From Waddliaceae bacterium (GTDB taxonomy: Bacteria > Chlamydiota > Chlamydiia > Chlamydiales > GCA-2709385): 38,792 bases of DNA. Position numbers and translations under genes: made by a program. The DNA lies in contig PAQS01000005.1 in the NCBI GenBank assembly GCA_002709385.1, forward strand, positions 39,425 through 78,216, given 5' to 3'. The notes under the pieces are model-generated. The model saw only the letters and a program-made list of their open reading frames with translations. It was not told the DNA's origin and did not search any database. Shown here piece after piece: positions 8,804-17,962 of the stretch; position 1 is the stretch's first letter, and the number at the start of each line of letters is the position of its first letter.

Positions 8804-10324
8804 ATGAATAGCTCCATTTCTTCTTCTATAGATTTTTTACCTGAAGTCCAGTCTGATCCAATGGATCTGGAGTTTTCTGAGTCTGACCTTCAAAAGCAAT
8901 GGTCTTTTGCTGATCAGGCCATACTGGCTAGATTTAGAGATAGTCAAGAAAAAAATTACGATAAAATTCTTTTTAATTCTCTTCTCGATAAAATGATTCT
9001 ACCTCTTAACGAGTCTTATAACTGGGAAGAGTTTTATGGGATTCCTCCCTCTACAGCATGCGCAGTCCTTCGCGAAGCGATAAAAAGCATTCCAGAAGAA
9101 GAGCTTCAGTTACTAGCTCCTTCCAATAGAAAACTTGTAGAACAGTTTTGTAATCGCTTAACTTTTGCCTTTCGTAATAGAGCAAAATTCTCTCTTGCTT
9201 TAACGGACCCAATAGAAGGTCAAAATCTTGCTAAGAGCATTCAACAACAAATCATAGACTTAAAAGAAAAAAATGATTTTGCTTTGATTCCTTGTGGAAG
9301 TAAGGGGCATACAGTTTTACTTATTATACAAAAAATTTCTTCGTCTGATTATCGTATTTGTCTATGTAATACTGGTATTGGTAAAAGCCTCCATCAGAGT
9401 AATAACTCTAAGATCCATTCCCTTTACCTTATATACGATAAGGTACCGCTTAGAGATTTAAGTAAAATTGAGAATTGGAAACTTTTATTCGAAAGCAAAA
9501 ACTATTTAGAAACACCCCCTCTTTATGAAGCTGTTGAACGTTTATCTGGAAGCGGTATTTTGGTCCCTTTAGACCCTGTAGAACACGCTCCCTTTTTTCG
9601 TTGGGGACAGGCAAAAGGAACCTGCCCTTTCCGGGTACTTTATGCTGCTCTACAGTTTTTATTTCTTGTTGAAGAAGCAGATATTTCAACACAGAAAAGT
9701 GATTTAAGCCTTCTTAAAACGATGATCGATAAGGCTATTATATCTAAAACCCCCTCGGATTTTTCTGATAATGCCTCCGAAGAGGCTCTTTTAGTTGAAA
9801 AATTCGCACAAATAAAACAGCAACATACAGCTGCCAGATTTAACTTATTAAAAATTGCCCAATCTAACGAACAATTCCAAGAGTTTCTCATCCAATCTAA
9901 GCAAATCGTTAATTTTCCTTTGTATCGCTATTTACAAGTAGAAAATTCTCAGCAGCGCATGATTATTCTGGAAAAAACCCAAGAACAAATTTTCGCTCGA
10001 TGGCTTTTTGAAGACCTAGATCCTAGTAAACTTCCTTTTCCCCATCATCTTCTTACAAAGACATTACTTCCTAGCTATCGCTACTTTTATCAAAGCTGGG
10101 CTCATCTTAAGGAAAAAGCAAGGGAAATTCTAAGTACCCCAAACCTTAATTCCCAGGCATTCACAGACGAAGTTAATAATCTACGTAAACAAGGAAAGTA
10201 CTTCTTTTATCGTTATCCTAATATGGAACCACGTCTTTTAAGTACTTTAATGTCTATTCAGCGAGGCCTAGTTCAACCTGGACATATGGACCGTATCAAC
10301 CAAATGCCCTACTTATATTTCTAA
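8804..10324 (+). CDS. Hypothetical protein (506 aa), candidate effector.
   Basis: Long ORF with a Ser-rich N-terminus (MNSSISSSIDFLPEVQSD…) and no recognisable catalytic motif. Confidence 0.55.
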   Translation: MNSSISSSIDFLPEVQSDPMDLEFSESDLQKQWSFADQAILARFRDSQEKNYDKILFNSLLDKMILPLNESYNWEEFYGIPPSTACAVLREAIKSIPEEELQLLAPSNRKLVEQFCNRLTFAFRNRAKFSLALTDPIEGQNLAKSIQQQIIDLKEKNDFALIPCGSKGHTVLLIIQKISSSDYRICLCNTGIGKSLHQSNNSKIHSLYLIYDKVPLRDLSKIENWKLLFESKNYLETPPLYEAVERLSGSGILVPLDPVEHAPFFRWGQAKGTCPFRVLYAALQFLFLVEEADISTQKSDLSLLKTMIDKAIISKTPSDFSDNASEEALLVEKFAQIKQQHTAARFNLLKIAQSNEQFQEFLIQSKQIVNFPLYRYLQVENSQQRMIILEKTQEQIFARWLFEDLDPSKLPFPHHLLTKTLLPSYRYFYQSWAHLKEKAREILSTPNLNSQAFTDEVNNLRKQGKYFFYRYPNMEPRLLSTLMSIQRGLVQPGHMDRINQMPYLYF

Positions 10325-11925
10325 TCTTCAATTGCGACATAAGCTGCTTTACAACAAGAAACAAAGAAGAGACCAATACATTTTTCATAACGATTAATGA
10401 GATCTTCTAAAAATGCTCTATCATATTGGGAAGACAAAGACTTATCTTCATGTAAATACGAAGATAAACTTCGCAACTCATCAATAAGCGAAGAATTAAG
10501 ACGAAGATTCGTGTAGAGAAAAAAGCTTCCTTCATCCACTAAATCTCTACGAAAGTAAGATTGCTGTAAGTGGGGAAGTTTATCTGGTGTTGCATAAAAC
10601 CCAAATCCAACAAAGTGAAAGGGAAGCTTAGATAAATCCGACTCAACTAAGCCCAAACCACTTTCTACTTTTATGTAGGGATAAATCCATTCCATTCTTT
10701 CAAAAGCAATAGGAGATCTCATATCCCACATCACATAGTACTGAGGAGACTGTTCTTTAATTTCTAATACATTTGCGAACATTGGACAACAAGTAAACGG
10801 AGGAATATTTATATTACAATTTTCTAAGAACGTTAAGGCATAAATTACTTGTGCTGCACAAAGAGAAAAGGCAGGTAATAAATACAAATAATCAGTCCAC
10901 TCCAATGCATAAAGATTTAATTCTCCAGATGGTAAAAACCATAAAATAAAAACAGGACACCAAAAAGTAAGGTAATCTATTCCTTGCAGAAGGAAAACTC
11001 CTGTATGAAAAGCAAGTAAAGCGATAGCCATCGCTGCATTTACCTCTACCCCCACCCAAAATTGTACAAAAAGGAATAACTCTAAAAGTAAAACAAAGAA
11101 ACCACCTGTAGCTAAGAGATAGGGTCTACGAAGAAAAAATTTCTGAACTTCTAAGTAATAAGGTTTCGCCCACATTCCAATCCAAGTCAAAGTATGAGGC
11201 GTGTAAAAAAACCAGCATTTCTTTTTGATAAAAGAGCACGCGAGTTTTTGAAGCCCTCCTGCCAAATAAATGGAAGCAAGATGGGCTTTAATGAACGCAC
11301 AAATCCATGGCCATGTATTTTCTCTTCCATAGAAATCAGGGGAAAAAGCGAGATATAGAAATACGGCTATAGCAACGCATTCACGATGATATGAACCACT
11401 TCTTTCCGCCCAAATCGAGGCAAAATAAGATAAACTTACACAAGAAGTAATCAGCAATAACCCACCTATATATTGGCTAGAAGATAAAAAGGCACAAGTA
11501 AGCAAAAGCAAAATATAAGTAAGAGATAAAAGAAAAAATGCAAACGAAGATAATCTAGGAAACGAGATAAATCCTAAAAAAGGAAAGCCATTTGTAGATA
11601 AGCCTCTTCTATGAGAATCGCTCAGTCCTGATTTACTCCACCAAGCATAGAAGGTACATTGTTCTTTTATGTTCAATGATACAGATATAGCCTGTAAAAC
11701 ACACCAATACTTCAAAAAATCTACTAAAGGATTTTGTGGTGGATACAAATAAAAAAATAGCCCAATAAAACAGACCAAGAAAGAACTCAGTAAAGGTTTG
11801 CTATACGAAATCTTCTTTAAGGCTTCCTCTAGATTAGCATTTCCCTGATCTAGATTTTTGCATGAAATTTTTTCAGCCTTTTTTTTTCCTACTATTTTCC
11901 AAACTTCACTATATGTACTCATCAT
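10321..11925 (-). CDS. Polytopic integral membrane protein of unknown function (534 aa, at least 10 predicted TM helices).
   Basis: Multiple long hydrophobic segments throughout. The stop codon overlaps the stop of the convergent 8804 gene (CTAA). Confidence 0.55.
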   Translation of the reverse strand: MMSTYSEVWKIVGKKKAEKISCKNLDQGNANLEEALKKISYSKPLLSSFLVCFIGLFFYLYPPQNPLVDFLKYWCVLQAISVSLNIKEQCTFYAWWSKSGLSDSHRRGLSTNGFPFLGFISFPRLSSFAFFLLSLTYILLLLTCAFLSSSQYIGGLLLITSCVSLSYFASIWAERSGSYHRECVAIAVFLYLAFSPDFYGRENTWPWICAFIKAHLASIYLAGGLQKLACSFIKKKCWFFYTPHTLTWIGMWAKPYYLEVQKFFLRRPYLLATGGFFVLLLELFLFVQFWVGVEVNAAMAIALLAFHTGVFLLQGIDYLTFWCPVFILWFLPSGELNLYALEWTDYLYLLPAFSLCAAQVIYALTFLENCNINIPPFTCCPMFANVLEIKEQSPQYYVMWDMRSPIAFERMEWIYPYIKVESGLGLVESDLSKLPFHFVGFGFYATPDKLPHLQQSYFRRDLVDEGSFFLYTNLRLNSSLIDELRSLSSYLHEDKSLSSQYDRAFLEDLINRYEKCIGLFFVSCCKAAYVAIED

Positions 11926-12077
11926 AGCCTCTAGAAGAAATGAGAAACCGCGGAACTTAGCAGAAGTTTTAATTTTAATGTATGTTTTTTACTTGTTTAC
12001 CTGATTTCCTGAGAAGATAAAAAAATTAGACTTCTAGTATAAGCGGCGATCACTCGTTTAACTTACGGAGTATATCG

Positions 12078-13409
12078 ATGCCAATCTCCTCTTCACTCAT
12101 GAGTAAATTACGTCCTCATTTAGGCTATTCTGATAAAGATACGGATGAAAAAATTCACAACTCTCTCCTCCATCGAAAGGAACTCCATCTTGCCGAGCTT
12201 TATTTAAATAGTCAGGAATTTTGCGCTCTTTCTAAAGCATGTCCCAAATTAGAAAAGCTCTATCTTGAGGCAAATTTATTGGACAATAATGCTTGGCATA
12301 CGTTTATCTCCCAGCAAAAACACATAAAATCTCTTACGCTAAATATGCTAAATGGGACACGGATTTTCCCTAGCTGCTTCAAAAAAATAAAATCTAGCCT
12401 CCCTCATTTGTACTCTTTGACAATCAAAAACAGTCACCTTTCTCGAAAACATATAGAAGCAATTTCTCAAATCAAACAATTACGAGAATTGCATCTTAAT
12501 GCGAATACAATAGAAGTAAAAAAAGGCTATTGGAGAAAGACTGTCAAAAAGAAAGCAATGACAGATGCTACTCTTCAATCTCTTACACAACTTAAACAAT
12601 TAGAACAACTCGATCTTTCAGATTGCCCTTCTGTAGGAAAAGGAATTCTTCCTATTATTTTAAAAATGAAACAGCTTCAGTCTTTGAATTTATCGCACTG
12701 CTCAGTAAAAGCTGAAAAAGTTGCTTCTCATCTGCAGGAGCCTTACTTTTTTTCTTGTCCCTTACCCAAACTCAAATCTCTTTATCTACCCTTTGTAGAG
12801 GCCGAAAAGCTCAAAAAATCTAAAGCTATTCATCAACTTGCTCATTCCGAAAGACTAGAGCTTTTACAAATAGGAAACTGCGTTATTCCTACCGCTAAAA
12901 ATACTCTTCAAGTGCAAAATTTTCTCTCATCATTACAGAATCAATGTAGTCATCACAACCTTCAATATATCTCTTCTTCTATGCTAAAAGAAGCTTTGCA
13001 TAAAGAACAAACAGCCCCCACACTACCTCGTGAAGTATTTAAGGAAAATTTCTTTTTAGGGATTGAGCATTTTATCAAAAAGCTAGAGCTATTAGAAAAA
13101 GGGCCAGAAAAGTTTTCTTGTCGATATTTTTGTATTGATTTTGGAGATCGCACATTTTCTTTTGAGCAAGCCACGAAACTTCCTAAACATACGCCTAGTT
13201 CCTGGTCTTATTTTTATTACAGCATGTACTCTCAAAAACCTAATCTTAAGATCAATGATGGTTTTATCATTTATAAAAACGTTCTTATCCCACTAGAAAC
13301 TATTGCACAAGAAATGAAACTCCCAAAAGACGTTTCTTTATTATACGATCCCAAGTATCAAAACTCTCTTGCAAGCATTCTTACCCTCCCGAGGCGCTTG
13401 CAAAAATAG
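12078..13409 (+). CDS. Leucine-rich-repeat (RNI-like LRR) protein, eukaryote-like.
   Basis: 443 aa with an ACGGAG RBS 7 nt upstream. Repeated LxxLxLxxNxL / LxxLxLSxC units (KLEKLYLEANLL…; LRELHLNANTI…; LEQLDLSDCPSV…; LQSLNLSHCSV…). Confidence 0.7.
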   Translation: MPISSSLMSKLRPHLGYSDKDTDEKIHNSLLHRKELHLAELYLNSQEFCALSKACPKLEKLYLEANLLDNNAWHTFISQQKHIKSLTLNMLNGTRIFPSCFKKIKSSLPHLYSLTIKNSHLSRKHIEAISQIKQLRELHLNANTIEVKKGYWRKTVKKKAMTDATLQSLTQLKQLEQLDLSDCPSVGKGILPIILKMKQLQSLNLSHCSVKAEKVASHLQEPYFFSCPLPKLKSLYLPFVEAEKLKKSKAIHQLAHSERLELLQIGNCVIPTAKNTLQVQNFLSSLQNQCSHHNLQYISSSMLKEALHKEQTAPTLPREVFKENFFLGIEHFIKKLELLEKGPEKFSCRYFCIDFGDRTFSFEQATKLPKHTPSSWSYFYYSMYSQKPNLKINDGFIIYKNVLIPLETIAQEMKLPKDVSLLYDPKYQNSLASILTLPRRLQK

Positions 13410-13550
13410 TGAAGTAGGTACTACTTGTTCAATTTGTAAAATCGGAAGAACTTTTTTATGTATTTCTGTAAACATCTCGGGGGTGTAAGACGCGACGAAA
13501 AAGTTATAAAATTATAGTAAGGGACTACTATATACCATACCCTCCCCCGA

Positions 13551-13586
13551 TGATGACCTAATCTCGCATCAGATTCGGCTTGCATA
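13551..13586. repeat. Intergenic repeat, copy B (TGATGACCTAATCTCGCATCAGATTCGGCTTGCATAT).
   Basis: Shares about 30 bp with copies A and C, including an internal AATCT/AGATT mini-palindrome. It lies upstream of the 13633 gene. Confidence 0.6.
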
Positions 13587-13632
13587 TAAAAAGAATTATT
13601 GTTAGCTTGCGTGATTCCACGAGGAGGAGAAA

Positions 13633-14076
13633 ATGATTGAAATACAAGGACTAAGAACAGAACTCCACTTATCTGAAACTGAAAGTAAGCAAGTAGAGGA
13701 CACCTTAAACTTTTTAAGTAAATCTAATCATCTCTATCAGCTATATTTTCGTTCCTTAAACTACTTGCCAAAAGTCTTAGACTATTCAGGGAAAACTCAA
13801 GTTGAGACGCTTTTATCCAAGAAAATTGAACAAATTTTCACCGAGAATTTAGCTAAAAGCGATGTGGTTTTAAGTGAAAAGGAAATGAAAGAGTGTTCCC
13901 ATGCAACAGCTCAAGGACTTATGACATTATACGTTACTGGTAAACTTCTAATGAAAGCTTACCCTTTTCCTATCATTTCTTTTAATACATGGACAATGGC
14001 TGATATGGGAGCAACAACAACTGAGAGCTTTCTAAGAAACGCTACAACAGCAATTGTTCATTACAAGCAATCGTGA
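13633..14076 (+). CDS. Hypothetical protein (147 aa).
   Basis: AGGAGGAG RBS directly upstream of the ATG; no motif recognised. Confidence 0.55.
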   Translation: MIEIQGLRTELHLSETESKQVEDTLNFLSKSNHLYQLYFRSLNYLPKVLDYSGKTQVETLLSKKIEQIFTENLAKSDVVLSEKEMKECSHATAQGLMTLYVTGKLLMKAYPFPIISFNTWTMADMGATTTESFLRNATTAIVHYKQS

Positions 14077-14146
14077 TTATAAACGTCTTGAAGGCAGCAA
14101 GAAAGCTCGCCTGTAAGTACTACAGGCGAGCCTAAGAATCTCTCCT

Positions 14147-16120
14147 TTATGGAGTGATTTCACCTCTAATCATTGCGCTAATTACGCGATTGACTTCAGC
14201 TGCCATTTCTTGGTGACCGTACTGTAGGTCATCCGCTGAAATTTGATAATCGATATCTGGAGTAATTCCAAGATTTTCGATAGGGTTGTTAGACACTCGC
14301 TCTGCAAGAGATACAGTAAACGAAATGTAAGCAATACCGAAAGGATTAGGATAAGCCCAACCTTCAACACAGCCACCTGCCCCAGCTGTTCTTTGTCCCA
14401 TAATTACAGCACGTTTGTTGTCCTGTAAAATAGCTGGGAAAAAGTCTCCGCCAGAAAAATCTAACTCATTGATCAATACTAAGATTGGCTTTGAGTAGTT
14501 TGTATCAGGATCTGGGTTAATGTAATCTACACCTAGTAAATGGTGAGGGTCTGTTAGACGCTTACCAGCTTCCCATTCGCTGCAGATAAAGCGGAAATAA
14601 TCAGCCATGAACTGCGCAAATTGGAAGTTTACAGGGTAACCACCAATAGAAGGACCAAATACCATCCAAGACTCAAAATCTGATTTGATATACTGAAGAA
14701 TGCTTAAAACATACTTTGCATCATATACATCTTCTTGAGTAAGAGTCATGCGATGTCTAGGAGTCTTCATAGGTTGATCAGACAACATAGAAACAAGAGC
14801 ATAAAGATAGAATACAGAGCCACCTGGGTTATCTAATTGATCAATAATCAAGGCATCTGTGTTTTCTTCGAATAAATCGATAATTCCATAGAATTCATTC
14901 GCTTCCATCTCTCCAGCAGAGTAGTGTGGAATACGAATAAAACCAATATTTTTACCGTCATCATTCTCAAAAATATAAGCTTGGAAGCTACTTCTTCTAC
15001 TTGAACTCCAAACAACATTTCCTAAATCTGGCAAACGACTATCGCGATCACCTAAAAGACGACCACCTTCCGCTTCATCAAGCTCATCTTCATCCCAAGG
15101 CTCTTCTTCTCCATTGCTAAGGTCTTCTTCTTCACAGAAAGGACATTTTTCCTCTTCTGTGCAAAATGGACAGTCAGAGCTTTCTTCTGCTTCACAGAAA
15201 GAGCATGTTTCCTCTTCTGTACAGAATGGACACTCTGAAGCTTCTTTCTCAGATTTCTTCTCTACTGATTTATCAGAAACCTGATCAAACGCATTATGAA
15301 GAGTGCTAGCTAAAGGAGTCAGCATTTTCTTACCACTTAGATAGCTGCGCAAAAATGCATAGCGATCTGTTCCGTAATGATCTCTTGGACCAGCAACACC
15401 ATATTTATATGGGGTGCCTTCAGAAATCATTTCTTCAGTATATTGCCAAAGCAATTGACGGCTATAAACTTTGTCGTTTCCTTTTTTCTTGAATGAAACA
15501 ACAATACCGCCTTTAGGTACTACATGACCACTCATAGCAGAACGATGAGTAAGGTAGTAAGCTGCTAATGCACTGTCTGTCAATGGAGATGCATCTCCTA
15601 CTTCTCTTGCACGAACTTCTTCTACTACTTCTGCTGCTGGACGCCCATCAAAACTTACTAACTCATCACCTACTTCAAATGGAAAAAAGTCATTAGACAG
15701 CTTAGAGCGGTCAACATAAGAAATAAAATAGCGTCCTTCAGCACCCCGAACAGAAAACGGCAGTACAGCCGACTCTGTAGCGTAAAATTGAATACCAACA
15801 TGATAGTCTTTCATAGACCCCAAAAGGTCACGTACATAATGTTGATAATCACGAATTCGAATATTCTCCGTATTGCAAATTCGATCTTTCGTAAATTGAA
15901 TTGCCTCATCTAGGTCCCAATCGCAATGGGCTTTCTTCCACTGGGCTGGAGCATATCTAGCATTGAATACTCCGCGAATGATTCCTAGATCTTGTGACAT
16001 TCGGATCTTTTGCAAGTCATCTCGCTCGACTCCGTATATCATCAAAGGGAGAAACATTAGCACTGCAGCTAATACTTTCCGTAAACAAGAGCCCTCTTTA
16101 TGTCTCATTTCATCCTCCAT
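14147..16120 (-). CDS. CPAF-like (chlamydial protease-like activity factor) S41/tail-specific-protease family serine protease with a central acidic Cys-rich insert.
   Basis: 657 aa with an N-terminal signal-like hydrophobic segment. The C-terminal S41-type region (…LINELDFSGGDFFPAILQDNKRAVIMGQRTAGAGGCV…) resembles CPAF/Tsp. The central segment is ECPFCTEEETCSFCEAEESSDCPFCTEEEKCPFCEEED. Confidence 0.6.
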   Translation of the reverse strand: MEDEMRHKEGSCLRKVLAAVLMFLPLMIYGVERDDLQKIRMSQDLGIIRGVFNARYAPAQWKKAHCDWDLDEAIQFTKDRICNTENIRIRDYQHYVRDLLGSMKDYHVGIQFYATESAVLPFSVRGAEGRYFISYVDRSKLSNDFFPFEVGDELVSFDGRPAAEVVEEVRAREVGDASPLTDSALAAYYLTHRSAMSGHVVPKGGIVVSFKKKGNDKVYSRQLLWQYTEEMISEGTPYKYGVAGPRDHYGTDRYAFLRSYLSGKKMLTPLASTLHNAFDQVSDKSVEKKSEKEASECPFCTEEETCSFCEAEESSDCPFCTEEEKCPFCEEEDLSNGEEEPWDEDELDEAEGGRLLGDRDSRLPDLGNVVWSSSRRSSFQAYIFENDDGKNIGFIRIPHYSAGEMEANEFYGIIDLFEENTDALIIDQLDNPGGSVFYLYALVSMLSDQPMKTPRHRMTLTQEDVYDAKYVLSILQYIKSDFESWMVFGPSIGGYPVNFQFAQFMADYFRFICSEWEAGKRLTDPHHLLGVDYINPDPDTNYSKPILVLINELDFSGGDFFPAILQDNKRAVIMGQRTAGAGGCVEGWAYPNPFGIAYISFTVSLAERVSNNPIENLGITPDIDYQISADDLQYGHQEMAAEVNRVISAMIRGEITP

Positions 16121-16313
16121 ATTAAACGAGAATCACATGTATTCTTGAAGCTCAGCAAATCTACTCATTCACATAGTCAGACTTCAAATTATGAAGCATG
16201 AGCAGTACGAATTGAGCCCATATAGCAGTTCAAGGTCATGTTTAAATGACTATATATAGATATATTTTTAAACAACAACACTATGATTTAACAAGCGAAA
16301 ACAAAATTGAGGC

Positions 16314-17789
16314 TTAGAGAGGTTTAGGGAGAGGAAAAGACTGTGTCATACAACGAAGACCACCCATATTATCTAAAGCTATTCGTCCGCCTGAAACAAA
16401 ATAACTTTCTTTTATTAGAGGATTAATTTTCTTTAAAAAACTTTTACGGGCAACTGGTATTTCATTATCAAAATGAAACGCTATCCAAGAAGAAGATTCT
16501 TCATGATAGATCCCATTTAAAAATGCTGCTTCATGAGAAAGTGTAAGATCACAAGGATCAAAGTCATACCAGTTCCCTGGAACTCGAATAACTTCTAAGT
16601 TGTACTGCTTTAAAGTATTTTCAATCTTCTGGTATTCTTCTTGATGGTTTTTGAACACTCGCTTAGAAAAGATCTGTACTCTACAGAGAAAAGCTATATC
16701 TTCAGGAATTTCTTCTAATGGAATTTCAGACTTTAGATTCGATTTCATTACTTCTTTGACTTGTCTACGGTAAGTTTTGATTTTTTCAAGATCAAGGTTT
16801 TGCACTGTCACTTTTCTAGAAATTTCTTCTTTACAAACTTTTGCAACCTCAGAAGGATCATCTATTAATACCCGATTACCAATAACTGTGATATACAAAT
16901 CAATGTGATACTCAAGCTGTCCAGAACGGGTTCCTAAGTCATCAGGAAGCCAAATTACTTCTTCAATATCTGAAGATCCTTTTATTTCCAATTGAGTAAA
17001 TTCCTTACTTACTTCCAAGAGAGCTGTCCATATAGCACTAATGCAATAAGTCTTTTGATCTAGAAATCCAAAGTAATTTTGAGAGTATAAAAAGCTGGGT
17101 AAGAACCTTCCAACCAAGTTTTTCATTCTTTCAAAAATAGGCGCCAGCGAACCTGAAACAACAATACCTTCTTTAGAAGCTAACTCATACAACGCTGTAT
17201 TAATATCTTCAAAAAAAAGTTTGTTCAAACACGAGAAAGCAAGTTTATTCGCTTCTTCAAATTTAGGGTGCGATTCAATTTGCTGAAGTTTATGAAAAAC
17301 TTTCTTACCTAAATTTTCTATCGGATTTTCTAAGAGATATAGAGCTGTGTAAACTGCCGCTTCTACACCGATAATAACCTTATCTTTTCCTACTTTTACC
17401 ATATTCCCTCCCTCTACATGACAATTCGATTGAAATATCTCAATGGGGATAGGGTTATTTCTTATTTCAGAAAGAAACACATCCACTCTCTTATTTAAAA
17501 CACTCTCTCCTGAAACTAATTCTTCTGGAATACTTCGACTATGTAAAGGCATTAGATAAGAAGCATCTTGAAGAAAACGACCGCCTTTGTTGGTTATAGG
17601 AACAAAAAAACGCTTTTTATCCATGAACCCTGTGTCTCTAGGCCAATCTAAACTAGAAAAAAACAAAGGAATATCTAACTTTTTAGCAAGATCAAGGAAT
17701 TCTTGATTCTCTTGTAAAAGCTCTCCTATAACTAAAGCTGTTACTTCATTATTGTTCTTACAATCATCTACTGATATGAGACCTGTCAT
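16314..17789 (-). CDS. Protein of the guanidino-group-modifying-enzyme (amidinotransferase / arginine or agmatine deiminase) superfamily, 491 aa.
   Basis: The C-terminal …GGRIALDNMGGLRCMTQSFPLPKPL resembles the catalytic-Cys C-terminus of arginine/agmatine deiminase-type enzymes (GGG-x-RC/HC-x-T/S). The rest was not recognised. Confidence 0.4.
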   Translation of the reverse strand: MTGLISVDDCKNNNEVTALVIGELLQENQEFLDLAKKLDIPLFFSSLDWPRDTGFMDKKRFFVPITNKGGRFLQDASYLMPLHSRSIPEELVSGESVLNKRVDVFLSEIRNNPIPIEIFQSNCHVEGGNMVKVGKDKVIIGVEAAVYTALYLLENPIENLGKKVFHKLQQIESHPKFEEANKLAFSCLNKLFFEDINTALYELASKEGIVVSGSLAPIFERMKNLVGRFLPSFLYSQNYFGFLDQKTYCISAIWTALLEVSKEFTQLEIKGSSDIEEVIWLPDDLGTRSGQLEYHIDLYITVIGNRVLIDDPSEVAKVCKEEISRKVTVQNLDLEKIKTYRRQVKEVMKSNLKSEIPLEEIPEDIAFLCRVQIFSKRVFKNHQEEYQKIENTLKQYNLEVIRVPGNWYDFDPCDLTLSHEAAFLNGIYHEESSSWIAFHFDNEIPVARKSFLKKINPLIKESYFVSGGRIALDNMGGLRCMTQSFPLPKPL

Positions 17790-17886
17790 CCTTAATACCT
17801 TCTAATATAAACGTTAGAAAGGAAAAGCATAAACTGAAGACATTAAGATCAAATAATTTTTTTGTTAAAACTTTATTATCTACAAC

Positions 17887-17916
17887 TTGCTAAATAAGCC
17901 ACCACTGGACTATATA
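17887..17916 (+). promoter_or_regulatory. Candidate promoter (TTGCTA, 18-nt spacer, TATATA) for the 17963 gene.
   Basis: Hexamer spacing only; low confidence. Confidence 0.25.
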
Positions 17917-17962
17917 TCAGTCATTATCTCCACATATTTCAATCTATATAAGAAGCCTGGCT

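Noticed and set aside
9450-9891. Two small minus-strand ORFs inside the 8804-10324 gene.
   Set aside because: Antisense to a long ORF, with no RBS; typical six-frame noise in AT-rich DNA.
13476-13550. Possible hairpin CTCGGGGGTG…CTCCCCCGA in the LRR-downstream intergenic region.
   Set aside because: 9-bp stem with a mismatch and a roughly 45-nt loop; too weak to call a terminator or riboswitch.
14182-14428. Short ORFs overlapping the 3' end of the CPAF-like gene; ORFs 15963-16148 (+) also reviewed.
   Set aside because: Embedded in or antisense to a long, motif-supported CDS.
15131-15235. A tandem direct repeat that could be mistaken for a mini CRISPR-like array.
   Set aside because: There are only two 60-bp copies, in-frame inside a CDS and encoding a repeated peptide; no spacer architecture. 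No CRISPR array was found anywhere in the window.
16121-16313. Intergenic regions (16121-16313, 11926-12077, 22131-22321, 25790-25979) were scanned for tRNA-like or other small-RNA genes.
   Set aside because: All are strongly AT-rich without the GC-rich acceptor or T-arm signatures of tRNAs. No candidate could be supported without a covariance-model search.
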